Of a DNA stretch of 64,000 nt, positions 36,007 to 44,413 are shown piece by piece. The notes beneath the pieces were generated by a model. That model worked only from the letters and a program-made list of their open reading frames with translations, was not told where the DNA came from and did no database searches. This DNA is from an uncultured virus (IMG/VR IMGVR_UViG_3300014205_000018). Its lineage: Duplodnaviria; Heunggongvirae; Uroviricota; Caudoviricetes. The position numbers and the translations under genes are program-made. The first letter of the stretch is position 1; every line of letters begins with the position of its first letter. The stretch is from the IMG/VR virus record IMGVR_UViG_3300014205_000018. One strand, given 5' to 3'.

Positions 36007-36995
36007 GGCTTGTCTCCTGCTGCTGCGATCATGGCGCGGTAGGCTGGCTTAAACCAGCGATCATGCGGGCCAGCGCCAGCGCGAAACTCATACTCCATCT
36101 TCTGCGTCGGCTCAATCGGCACCAGCACATAACCGGGCGGCACTGCGTCGGCAGACTCGGCGATGATGCTAAGAAATTGCCCATCCTCATCCTGACGGGA
36201 GACGCAGACAATTTGCCCCGCCTCATTCTTCGACACGACGATTCCACCTTCTGGCGGCACTGCGGCAGGGGTAGGCGGGGCGGCGAGAGCGACCACGATT
36301 TCCGATAACAGGTGACTTGCGGCTTCTCGCATCTTGTATCCGCCAACTCCGTCATAGGAGCGCCTGCTCCCGTAGGAGACGTGATCGATGGCGCGGGTTA
36401 GAAGCTGTTCAAGCGTCTTGGCGCGGACTCGCCACGCCACCGGCTCCTGCTGTGCATCGGCTGGCTGTGCTTCCAGAACGGCGCGTTCAATGGCGATGCA
36501 AATCCTGACCACCTCACCAAGCCTATCACCCCATCCCTGGGAAGACCATGCTTCAATGCGGTCATTACGTTGCTCATCCGTAAGCGGCACGAGCTGTGCT
36601 GCTGCGACAAAAAGAGGATCGGCTGGCGTATCTGGCCGCAGGTCACCTCTGTTAGTCTGGTAATCCCAGTCATGCAACTTGGTGGACCACTGCCGCCACG
36701 CTGCCGGTGCTTGCTGTGCTGCTGGAGCGGCATAGAGCGGCTCGGCCCATTCGTCACCATCGGCGAGCGGCACTTCTTCTTCCGAGTCATATAGCTGGCC
36801 CGTCTTACTGTGACGGTACGCCACCGGTTCTTGCTGCGATATCGGATTCACGATATCGGCGGGCTGTGCTGCCAGTGCTGCCAGTGCTGCTCGCAGGGCG
36901 GATACAACAAGTGCCTTGCCTGGGCTTGGTGGCATTTCAGTCAATACGTCCAACGTCGAGCGCAGCGTCTCGCGCTCTATCGTGATCTTGTCCAT
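36003..36995 (-). CDS. Mosaic Ead/Ea22-like phage protein
   Basis: Repeated QEPVA[WY]R, PLYA, PLTDE, VPPGYVLVP..EPT modules. Confidence 0.65.
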   Translation of the reverse strand: MDKITIERETLRSTLDVLTEMPPSPGKALVVSALRAALAALAAQPADIVNPISQQEPVAYRHSKTGQLYDSEEEVPLADGDEWAEPLYAAPAAQQAPAAWRQWSTKLHDWDYQTNRGDLRPDTPADPLFVAAAQLVPLTDEQRNDRIEAWSSQGWGDRLGEVVRICIAIERAVLEAQPADAQQEPVAWRVRAKTLEQLLTRAIDHVSYGSRRSYDGVGGYKMREAASHLLSEIVVALAAPPTPAAVPPEGGIVVSKNEAGQIVCVSRQDEDGQFLSIIAESADAVPPGYVLVPIEPTQKMEYEFRAGAGPHDRWFKPAYRAMIAAAGDKP

Positions 36996-36996
36996 G

Positions 36997-37098
36997 TCAG
37001 TCTCCGGTGGTGGGTTTTACTCGCCGCTTTTCGGCCAATTGTTTGCACAGCTTGAGCCATTCGCGCACTTCGATAATCCAGTCAGGGTCGTCCATCAT
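36997..37098 (-). CDS. 33-aa microprotein, copy 1
   Basis: MMDDPDWIIEVREWLKLCKQLAEKRRVKPTTGD; AAGGA RBS. Confidence 0.55.
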   Translation of the reverse strand: MMDDPDWIIEVREWLKLCKQLAEKRRVKPTTGD

Positions 37099-37440
37099 TC
37101 ATCCTTGGGTTTGGTGGGGGTTAGGGCGGGCGGCGCGGATAGCTTCTATGTTGTCGCATTCGTTATGCAGCCGCTCACGCATCGGCGCGTAGTGGACCGG
37201 ATGCAGAGGGTTGTAGGTCCAGCCCATGCCGTTCCATATGCGGGCTTTCTCCAGTGTGTAGGCTGCGTCGATCACCAGCTGTTCAAGCGCGCGGATGCGT
37301 TCCCGTTTCGCCAGCTCAGCGGCGCGTGCCTCGGCCACTTCCCGCGTCAAGCTGCGTATCTCAAGGTAAAATGCATTGGCCTCGCAGTGCCTGGCGCACG
37401 GTTCGTTTCCGGTAGGCAGTGGCATATCCATGTCGGTCAT
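37099..37440 (-). CDS. Hypothetical protein
   Basis: GGAGG RBS; CARHCEANAF motif. Confidence 0.55.
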   Translation of the reverse strand: MTDMDMPLPTGNEPCARHCEANAFYLEIRSLTREVAEARAAELAKRERIRALEQLVIDAAYTLEKARIWNGMGWTYNPLHPVHYAPMRERLHNECDNIEAIRAARPNPHQTQG

Positions 37441-37712
37441 TTTGTGGCCTCCAGGGCGGCGCGACACGCTGCGGAAGTCTGGTTGCAACCCATGTCCTCC
37501 AGAACTTCGTCGGCCCTCTGCAGCGCCTCCCGCAGCACGCGGACACGTTCATTCAACGTAGTATTTTCATTTTGCAACTGAGCATTGAACTCCATACGTC
37601 GGTACTTTATCGGCACTGTTTTCAATCGCGTAACTTCACCTTCAAGCACGCGGATACGCTCGCGCAGTTCGGCATTCTCCTTGATGGCGTCTGCCGTTAC
37701 TTGGTCGTACAT
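37437..37712 (-). CDS. Coiled-coil hypothetical protein
   Basis: AGGAG RBS; heptad pattern. Confidence 0.55.
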   Translation of the reverse strand: MYDQVTADAIKENAELRERIRVLEGEVTRLKTVPIKYRRMEFNAQLQNENTTLNERVRVLREALQRADEVLEDMGCNQTSAACRAALEATK

Positions 37713-38137
37713 GGCTTTTCTCCTGCTGCTGCGAGAACGGCGCGGGCAAACATGCGCCGCAATCGACTGTTGGCAGTTATGTCCGCGTTGACATCGAGTG
37801 CGTGGGACATGCCTCGCGTGGTGCGCGCAAACTCGTCCAACGTTGTTGCCAACGTGTGATCGATCTTCTCATCCGTCAGCGGCACTGCGGCAGGGGCGGG
37901 CTGGGCGGCTGACTCGATGGCGCGGGCCTCACCGTTATGTTGCATAGCAAGGCTGATTTCTGACCATGCTTTAAGAATGAAATTCGCAACTTCTGCTTGA
38001 TAAACGATGCCTCGTGCATGTTTATGGATGATGGCTCGCAGCAAGATGAATTTCTCATATTCGATGCACTCGTCTTGACTTTTGAACTCACGCAAACCGT
38101 CGTCCGATCTATAGACCGGAGCTTCAATTACTTTCAT
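37697..38137 (-). CDS. Mosaic hypothetical protein
   Basis: YRSDDG..F..ECIEYE N-terminus; AAQPAPAAVPLTDE linker. Confidence 0.55.
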   Translation of the reverse strand: MKVIEAPVYRSDDGLREFKSQDECIEYEKFILLRAIIHKHARGIVYQAEVANFILKAWSEISLAMQHNGEARAIESAAQPAPAAVPLTDEKIDHTLATTLDEFARTTRGMSHALDVNADITANSRLRRMFARAVLAAAGEKPCTTK

Positions 38138-38242
38138 TTCTTCGCTCCTGTGATGCCGTCGCATTGCTCAGCGTGGTACAGCTGCACTTCGATCATGCCG
38201 TCGATTAGCTCAAGCTCGCGCTCTATCGTGATCTTGGTCATG

Positions 38243-38344
38243 TCAGTCTCCGGGGGTGGGTTTTACTCGCCGCTTTTCGGCCAATTGCTTACACAGCTTG
38301 AGCCATTCGCGCACTTCGATAATCCAGTCAGGGTCGTCCATCAT
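38243..38344 (-). CDS. 33-aa microprotein, copy 2
   Basis: MMDDPDWIIEVREWLKLCKQLAEKRRVKPTPGD; AGGAGG RBS. Confidence 0.55.
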   Translation of the reverse strand: MMDDPDWIIEVREWLKLCKQLAEKRRVKPTPGD

Positions 38345-38706
38345 TTACCTCCTTGGATCTCGGCTTCGACCATACGCATCAGGTCGCCATAACTCACATC
38401 GCCACCCATGTCGCGCCACGCGTTGTAGATGCCGTCCATTCGCGCTTCACTCAGCCGATGCGCTGGTGGGGCGGCTCGGTAGAGCTTCACACGAGTGTTC
38501 TTTCCATCCAGCCAATCGTGTGGGCTATTGCCTGAGTAAAGCAGCACTTCCCTGCACCAGTGACCATCATTTTGGTCACTTGCCAGTAGATGCCTACGAT
38601 GGACTTCAGCCACTGGCTCCGCCGCCCGCAGCCTTTCAAGCTCTGCCTCCAGTTTGTTCACGCGGGACTGTAGGGCGCGCTCGGTGTCTGTGATGTGCTG
38701 GATCAT
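38341..38706 (-). CDS. Mosaic hypothetical protein
   Basis: EPVA module; AAGGAG RBS. Confidence 0.55.
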   Translation of the reverse strand: MIQHITDTERALQSRVNKLEAELERLRAAEPVAEVHRRHLLASDQNDGHWCREVLLYSGNSPHDWLDGKNTRVKLYRAAPPAHRLSEARMDGIYNAWRDMGGDVSYGDLMRMVEAEIQGGK

Positions 38707-38872
38707 CGCTTCTCCTTTCGCTGCAGCTGCAACACGTTCATGTATGACCACTTGTCCCCCAGATACTCGACCGCGCGCAGCCACTTGCGCTGGTTGGCAC
38801 GGTTAAGCTCCTTGGACACCAGTGGGTTGCTGAAGTTGCGGATCGCATGGCGCCGCAGGGTGATGGCGGACC

Positions 38873-39304
38873 TCATGCGAACATCCTTTTCAGTTTCAAC
38901 ATCACCGCCTTGGCCTGACCCAACGTCAACGGCGCGATGAACGCGTCCACGTTGAACTCTGCCAGGGGTGCCACGGCTACCGTCTCCGTCGGCTTCTTGT
39001 TGGCCACTGCACGGCCTGCTGCACCCGCCTTCACACGCGGCAGCAACTCGTACGTCTTGCCAATGGCGAAGTACTCGTTGTTGAGCCGCACGCCTTGCGC
39101 GCTCTTGCGCTCCTTGCGCCCGACCATCTTGCGTTGCTGCATCTCCGTGATAGCCGCCTGCGTCGAAGGCTCTGGCATCGCCAGCTTGCTGGCAATACGC
39201 GTCACAGTCATGTCGCCCTCGTCCTTGAGCAGGCGCCAGATGCGTTCCTTCTGTACGGGGACCTTGATGCCGGCGGCTTTCATAGCCAATGAGATATCGT
39301 TCAT
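38873..39304 (-). CDS. Winged-helix DNA-binding protein
   Basis: ERIWRLLK...TVTRIASKL...AAITEM. Confidence 0.6.
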   Translation of the reverse strand: MNDISLAMKAAGIKVPVQKERIWRLLKDEGDMTVTRIASKLAMPEPSTQAAITEMQQRKMVGRKERKSAQGVRLNNEYFAIGKTYELLPRVKAGAAGRAVANKKPTETVAVAPLAEFNVDAFIAPLTLGQAKAVMLKLKRMFA

Positions 39305-39375
39305 GTCAAATACTCCTTGTTCAGTTCTTTACACAATTATGGGCTTGACCATTGCTGAAGTCAAGCCCCCACACA

Positions 39376-40260
39376 TCAGAAGTTGAACTTGCCCAGCAAG
39401 GCATCCACGTCCTTCTTCACATCGGCGCGCTTGATAGGATCAGTGCGCAACGTCTCCGCAGAAGCTCCACCGAGCGTGTTCTCCAGAACCTTCACCGCTG
39501 CACTCAACTCCTTGTCACCCACCACGTTCAGTCCCTTGGCCAGATCACACAGGTCATAAGCCGATGTGACAAGCGTGTTGTGGAACCGGCGGTGCTTGGG
39601 TTCTCCGGTGGCTGCGTCCACGTCCGTGACCAGCCGCTCACTCATACGCTGCAGATGCTCGGCCATGCGCTTGCGCAAGTCACCGATCGCAGCGTCCACC
39701 CGTGCGGTTGCCATCTTCTCCAACCGCTCCTTCAGGTCCTTGTTGGCCATGTTGCCAATGTCCACGCGGAAGTCCCCAGCGCTTGGCACAGGGAAGTAGT
39801 CGTACGTGAACGCGAAGCGCCGCGCGATATCGCTCGATGGCGGGTAGTCATCGCGGTTGAACATCTCTCCGAGCGCCATGGCCTGGGCCGTGATCAGCGT
39901 GGGGTAGATGGCAACGAACTTCTCCACGATCTCGTCGAACTCCTCCTTGAACACGTTCATCTTCTTGTCGAAGGCGATGAACTTGGAGGTAGGCAGCAGC
40001 TGCTGGCCGTTGTTGGACCAGGGCAGCGTGTTGTCATACACGTGATTGCGCACCTTGGTGACCAGCTTGGCGATGTCCTCCAGCTCGTGGCGCCCGGCCA
40101 GCAGGTTCTTGTTAAAGCGCCCGCCGTCCTTGGCCTTGGCGTTCTTGTTGTCGATGACCTCGTCGGTCACCTTGCGGTCGAGCTTGCGTGCAGTCCACAC
40201 CGACGCATTGAACTCGACGATCAGGGCTGCGCCCTGGATGTTGATGTCTGCATGTTCCAT
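39376..40260 (-). CDS. DUF3150-like protein
   Basis: WTARKLD, TLPWS..G..LLP, FN.DDYP...RFAF, LNVVGD motifs. Confidence 0.6.
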   Translation of the reverse strand: MEHADINIQGAALIVEFNASVWTARKLDRKVTDEVIDNKNAKAKDGGRFNKNLLAGRHELEDIAKLVTKVRNHVYDNTLPWSNNGQQLLPTSKFIAFDKKMNVFKEEFDEIVEKFVAIYPTLITAQAMALGEMFNRDDYPPSSDIARRFAFTYDYFPVPSAGDFRVDIGNMANKDLKERLEKMATARVDAAIGDLRKRMAEHLQRMSERLVTDVDAATGEPKHRRFHNTLVTSAYDLCDLAKGLNVVGDKELSAAVKVLENTLGGASAETLRTDPIKRADVKKDVDALLGKFNF

Positions 40261-40313
40261 TTTGTATGCTCCTTGGGCTATGCCCATATGTTGTCGACTA
40301 CCGGTCGACTCGG

Positions 40314-40619
40314 TTACTTCGCATTCATGGTCAACGCCATGTCGTGCAGCCACTCTGCGGCAGCTGTCTGATCTTCAGTGGTGAGCGCGACACCTTTAAT
40401 GTCGATGTGCGCGGTTGCCACGCGCAGCCCGTCGTCATCCCACACCACTACCGTAGAGCCAAACACGGTTGTGGCTATCTCCGCGCGGAAAGGATCGTCG
40501 AAGTGGCTGGCTACGAAAATGTTGATGTGCGACAACCCATAAGGACCTGCATCGATGGCGCGCCTTATTGGCGGGTCCGTCTTGTAGAGACGCTGCATCC
40601 GTTTGAAGTCGTATTTCAT
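40314..40619 (-). CDS. Hypothetical protein
   Basis: GGAGG RBS. Confidence 0.55.
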   Translation of the reverse strand: MKYDFKRMQRLYKTDPPIRRAIDAGPYGLSHINIFVASHFDDPFRAEIATTVFGSTVVVWDDDGLRVATAHIDIKGVALTTEDQTAAAEWLHDMALTMNAK

Positions 40620-40621
40620 AC

Positions 40622-40888
40622 CTACCTCCTTGCCAGCATCAGGTCCATCAGCAACTGCTTGGCCTTCTCGAACGTCTCGACGTCCCCGTCCACGTAGCAC
40701 GCGGTGGCGGATACCATGTGCATTCCATCGACGATACCAATGAGATGCACGATCTGCAGCCCCTCATCGCTCCACCTTTGCCACTCGAAGACGTTCGTCC
40801 CTTCAGCCATGAACAGTAGCGGGTGCTCTTTGAACACCACACCGTTGAGCCCGTGCGGCCACTGGGGCTTGTCTGCTACGATCGTCAC
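40622..40888 (-). CDS. Hypothetical protein
   Basis: Coupled small ORF. Confidence 0.5.
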   Translation of the reverse strand: MTIVADKPQWPHGLNGVVFKEHPLLFMAEGTNVFEWQRWSDEGLQIVHLIGIVDGMHMVSATACYVDGDVETFEKAKQLLMDLMLARR

Positions 40889-41202
40889 TTGCTGTTCCTC
40901 ACGATCTCAAGATCGAGCAGAGCCTGCGCCGCGAGGTGTGCCTCAGTCTCGTCCTTGCACTCTGGCAGGCTGTATGCGCAATAGGCGGTCGTCCCGACAT
41001 ACAGCCATACCATGTATCTGGGCGTGAACGTCGTTGGTTTTATTACCCGGAAGCCGTTGAGCGGACCTTGCTTAAGTACGTCCGGCACTTCGAACAGACG
41101 CGCGCCTGTCACCGGCATCAGACTATGCCCACTCTTGGCCATCTCCTCCGCAGCCCTGTCATGCAGGCCCTTGAACGGGGGCCTGGGTTGTCGGTGTTTC
41201 AT
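40885..41202 (-). CDS. Hypothetical protein
   Basis: AAGGAG RBS. Confidence 0.55.
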   Translation of the reverse strand: MKHRQPRPPFKGLHDRAAEEMAKSGHSLMPVTGARLFEVPDVLKQGPLNGFRVIKPTTFTPRYMVWLYVGTTAYCAYSLPECKDETEAHLAAQALLDLEIVRNSK

Positions 41203-41410
41203 TGAGTTCTCCTTTCTTTAGTAGCCACAGATTGAGGTACGTCTCGGCTACACGCTGGCAGTCCTCAAGAGTCCCCACGATACGCCGGTGAAAGTCCGGA
41301 ACGGATATGGGCTCCCCATTCCTGAACCGGCAGATATACACGTCATACGTGTCCGGCGCGCCCTGCACGAGCATTAGGTGTGCGCCCCAGTGCAGATTGT
41401 TAGCCTGCAT
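41159..41410 (-). CDS. Hypothetical protein
   Basis: GGAGG RBS. Confidence 0.5.
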   Translation of the reverse strand: MQANNLHWGAHLMLVQGAPDTYDVYICRFRNGEPISVPDFHRRIVGTLEDCQRVAETYLNLWLLKKGELNETPTTQAPVQGPA

Positions 41411-41609
41411 CCTGCCCTCCTTTCTTTATCAATACCAGTTCCCGCAGCGTACGCCCGATACGACGTGCATCTCGCTCGCGGGAGACCTCTGCAACCACGG
41501 ACTCTACGGGTCCATCGCGTAGTCCGTCACTGAAGCGCACCACCTGCACCAACCACATACCTTTGGCCAGCTTGCACGCCTCCCACTCGCAGGTTACTTT
41601 AGCGCCCAT
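41400..41609 (-). CDS. Hypothetical protein
   Basis: Coupled small ORF. Confidence 0.5.
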   Translation of the reverse strand: MGAKVTCEWEACKLAKGMWLVQVVRFSDGLRDGPVESVVAEVSRERDARRIGRTLRELVLIKKGGQDAG

Positions 41610-41907
41610 ACTTCACCAGCACGAAGTCAAGCAACCACTGCGCTGCCTGGGCTGCCTCATCCGCAGTTGCTGTCTTCGGCACGTACGCGTCACAGATAGT
41701 AGGGTCATCCGCCACACCGGCGTCCCACCCGCCTTGCCCGACACCGACGATGCGTACGTGCCGAGTGGTCACAAGCACGGTCATCTTCGGTACCCACGTG
41801 TATACCGTGATATCTGTCCAGTCGATGCCCTCAACCTCGTGGTCACGGTGAAACTCCAACTTTGTCAACCCGTACGGGCCGTTGAACGCAGGTGCCAGGG
41901 TGATCAC
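41599..41907 (-). CDS. Hypothetical protein (GTG start)
   Basis: GTGA overlap with the vWA gene stop; GGAG RBS. Confidence 0.5.
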   Translation of the reverse strand: MITLAPAFNGPYGLTKLEFHRDHEVEGIDWTDITVYTWVPKMTVLVTTRHVRIVGVGQGGWDAGVADDPTICDAYVPKTATADEAAQAAQWLLDFVLVKYGR

Positions 41908-43226
41908 GCCTGTGTCTCCATCACAGAGCTGATGTAGATCGCCTTGCCCTTGAGCGGCACCCACCCATCGTGGTCCACCACACCCCACAGCACCGGGCCG
42001 TCCACCACGTCGTAGCTCGACTCGACGTAGCCATCGGTGAGGTAAATGCTGGCACGCGGCTTGTACTTCTTCTCGCGCACGTACTTGGCCACGCACGACA
42101 CGGTCGTACCGCCGCCACCCTTGGGCGAGAGCAGCTTGCTGATCTTGTCGTAGTCCTTGGGCGTGAACACCTGCTCACCCTCGATGCTGTCGCCCCACCA
42201 GATCACGCGCACCGATGCTGGCAGTGCGTTCTGACAGATACGTGCGATCTCGCCGAACACCGTGGGGTACAGCCCCATCATCGAGCCCGATGTGTCGCAG
42301 TAGATACCCAGCTCGCCGGTCAGCTCGCTGAAGTGCGAAGGCAGCAGGATGTCCAGCGGGAGCATGCGCTTGTTGGGCGGGCAGAACCGCGACTGATCGT
42401 CACCCTCGCACGTCTCCTGCACGAAGCGCCGCAGTGGCGTACGCCAGTCAGTGGTGCGCTCTTGGAAGCCGCTGAGGTTCTGGCCGCCACCACCCGTGCC
42501 ACGCAGCTTGTTGCGCACGATGGCGCCCTGGTTGATGGCATCGGTAAGCTGCTGCTTGAGCTGCTTGAGGGTCGGGCTGTCGCCATCCTCATCGCCCTTG
42601 CCCTCACCCTTGCTGGCCTTCTTGTTGACGATGTGCACGTCCATGGGTTTCTTGCCGCCCTTGCCTGGGCGCTGCTTACCACCGGGCTTGTCCGTCTCGG
42701 GCCCCTCACCTTCTGGGCCTTCGCCTTCAGGTCCGTCAGGGTCCTTTGGGTTGCTCTTCTGCTCATCGAGCAGTGCCTTCACCACCTGGGGCAGCGCCAT
42801 GTCATGGAACCGCTGATCGATCAGCGGTGGATACGGATCGGTCGGACGCTCGACGAACAGGAACTGCGGGTCCATGGTCTCGATCATGTCGTTGGTGACG
42901 TAGTCGATCGCCTGTGCGAACTCGTTGGGGTACTTCTCACGGATGTGTTCGTACTCGGTGCAGTGGTGCAGCGACTTGTGGAAGTTCTCGTGCATCACCA
43001 CGTAGCGCAACTGCTTGCGCGTCATAACGTCCACCCAGGTCTCGTTATAGTACACGTCGCACCCATCAGTGCCGGCAGTAGGGATGATGAGTTCAACGAA
43101 CCCGGAGGCCACGTGTACCTTGCCGATCTGAGTCACGCCCCCCATGAGGGCGAAGTCCGGATGCTTCATGATGTCGAGGTGCACAGCAGTGATTTTCTGA
43201 TGTGCCTTGAGGTCTTTGTATGCCAT
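41904..43226 (-). CDS. Metallopeptidase (HExxH)-vWA domain protein (DUF2201-like)
   Basis: TAGTDG, MHENFHK, MIDAS DTSGS, GGGGT, LTDG. Confidence 0.85.
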   Translation of the reverse strand: MAYKDLKAHQKITAVHLDIMKHPDFALMGGVTQIGKVHVASGFVELIIPTAGTDGCDVYYNETWVDVMTRKQLRYVVMHENFHKSLHHCTEYEHIREKYPNEFAQAIDYVTNDMIETMDPQFLFVERPTDPYPPLIDQRFHDMALPQVVKALLDEQKSNPKDPDGPEGEGPEGEGPETDKPGGKQRPGKGGKKPMDVHIVNKKASKGEGKGDEDGDSPTLKQLKQQLTDAINQGAIVRNKLRGTGGGGQNLSGFQERTTDWRTPLRRFVQETCEGDDQSRFCPPNKRMLPLDILLPSHFSELTGELGIYCDTSGSMMGLYPTVFGEIARICQNALPASVRVIWWGDSIEGEQVFTPKDYDKISKLLSPKGGGGTTVSCVAKYVREKKYKPRASIYLTDGYVESSYDVVDGPVLWGVVDHDGWVPLKGKAIYISSVMETQA

Positions 43227-43227
43227 G

Positions 43228-43443
43228 TCATTGCTCCTTGAGAAAATAGTAATGAGGTAGAGGTTGCCCAGACCCGCGCGGTGGGTGCAAGTACCCGTGG
43301 TCTCTAAGTATGTTCGCCACGTATATCCAGTCCAGATCACCACCTCTTGCGGCAACGATCTCACCGGCGGTCACCTTGCGGTCTCCCCACTTCACCAGCC
43401 ACAGGTCCCGAAGGACCTGCACTGGCACGTCATCAGGTGTCAC
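43228..43443 (-). CDS. Hypothetical protein, LWxxK[FW]G paralog family
   Basis: PVQVLRDLWLVKWG. Confidence 0.65.
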   Translation of the reverse strand: MTPDDVPVQVLRDLWLVKWGDRKVTAGEIVAARGGDLDWIYVANILRDHGYLHPPRGSGQPLPHYYFLKEQ

Positions 43444-43666
43444 GTTGCCCCTCCTTAAGTTGGTAGGCGATGTTGTGCTGCCCCGAAGTCCGATACATCC
43501 ATCCCGCCGCGCGCAGTACCTGGGACATCTTGTACCAGTAGTGGGGGACGGGGCCCGCGGCTTCGGTCAGCACGTATAGGTCGATGCCGCCCTTACCCCA
43601 CCGCAGTTCCCACAAGTCCCGAAGGACTTGTGGGTTGATACCCCTGAACAATTCCTCGGGGTCCAT
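43433..43666 (-). CDS. Hypothetical protein, LWxxK[FW]G paralog family
   Basis: PQVLRDLWELRWG. Confidence 0.65.
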   Translation of the reverse strand: MDPEELFRGINPQVLRDLWELRWGKGGIDLYVLTEAAGPVPHYWYKMSQVLRAAGWMYRTSGQHNIAYQLKEGQRDT

Positions 43667-44364
43667 CAGCTACCTCCTTTCTTGTCGGGGTTCCGCCAGT
43701 TGTGACTGCCCCTCGGTAGTACAGGCGTGGTGCACGCAGCTTGCTCAGACCATCCATAGCGCTCCAGCCGAAGCCAGATAGTCGTTGGTTTTGTGCCTAG
43801 CCTGCGTGCCCAGTCGACGAGTAGCATGCGTTCCCCGTTCGCTTCCAGCCACCGGCTGGATCGCGTGTTGCGGTTCTGTTCCTCGGTCGTTGCCCAGTAA
43901 CAGTTACTGGGCTTGTAGCCCTGATCATTCTTTCTCCTCTCGAGAGTGAGTCCTGGCGGGCATGCGCCCATATCAGCCAGGAAGTTATCGAATTTGAGCC
44001 AGCGCTTACACACTGTTATGCCCCGGCCCCCGTAGTTGTCGTACGCCTGCGCTGTTGAACTCAGGCATCGCTGCTTCATGGACGCCCATACCTTCCACTC
44101 GCGCGTCGCGGTTCGACCGTCCGCGCCGCGCGCCTTGGCTGCCGCCCTACCTGCGCACGACTTGCACATAACACCTGGGTGCAAACGTAGCGCTGCCTTG
44201 TCCTGCTCGAACTGGCGTCCGCAGCTACACGCGCAGATGTACCGCTCGTGTGGGTAACCGTTGCGCAACTGAGGAGTGGCCAAGCCAACGACACGACAGT
44301 TCGGGAACACAGTACCGACCGCAAACCCAGGGGCCTGCGGTCGGCCTATACCGTTGATACTCAT
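43666..44364 (-). CDS. Free-standing HNH-type homing endonuclease
   Basis: W.SMKQRC, YGGRGITVC.RW, TLER..N..GY.P.NC.WAT..EQ.RN. Confidence 0.85.
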   Translation of the reverse strand: MSINGIGRPQAPGFAVGTVFPNCRVVGLATPQLRNGYPHERYICACSCGRQFEQDKAALRLHPGVMCKSCAGRAAAKARGADGRTATREWKVWASMKQRCLSSTAQAYDNYGGRGITVCKRWLKFDNFLADMGACPPGLTLERRKNDQGYKPSNCYWATTEEQNRNTRSSRWLEANGERMLLVDWARRLGTKPTTIWLRLERYGWSEQAACTTPVLPRGSHNWRNPDKKGGS

Positions 44365-44413
44365 GCACTTCTCCTTTAAGTTGGTGCTGTGAAGTATAAC
44401 GTGTATATCAGAG

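Larger units (their letters stand above)
36969..38345. repeat. ~131-bp near-identical direct repeat (36969-37099 and 38215-38345)
   Basis: Only a few substitutions between the two copies. Confidence 0.9.
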
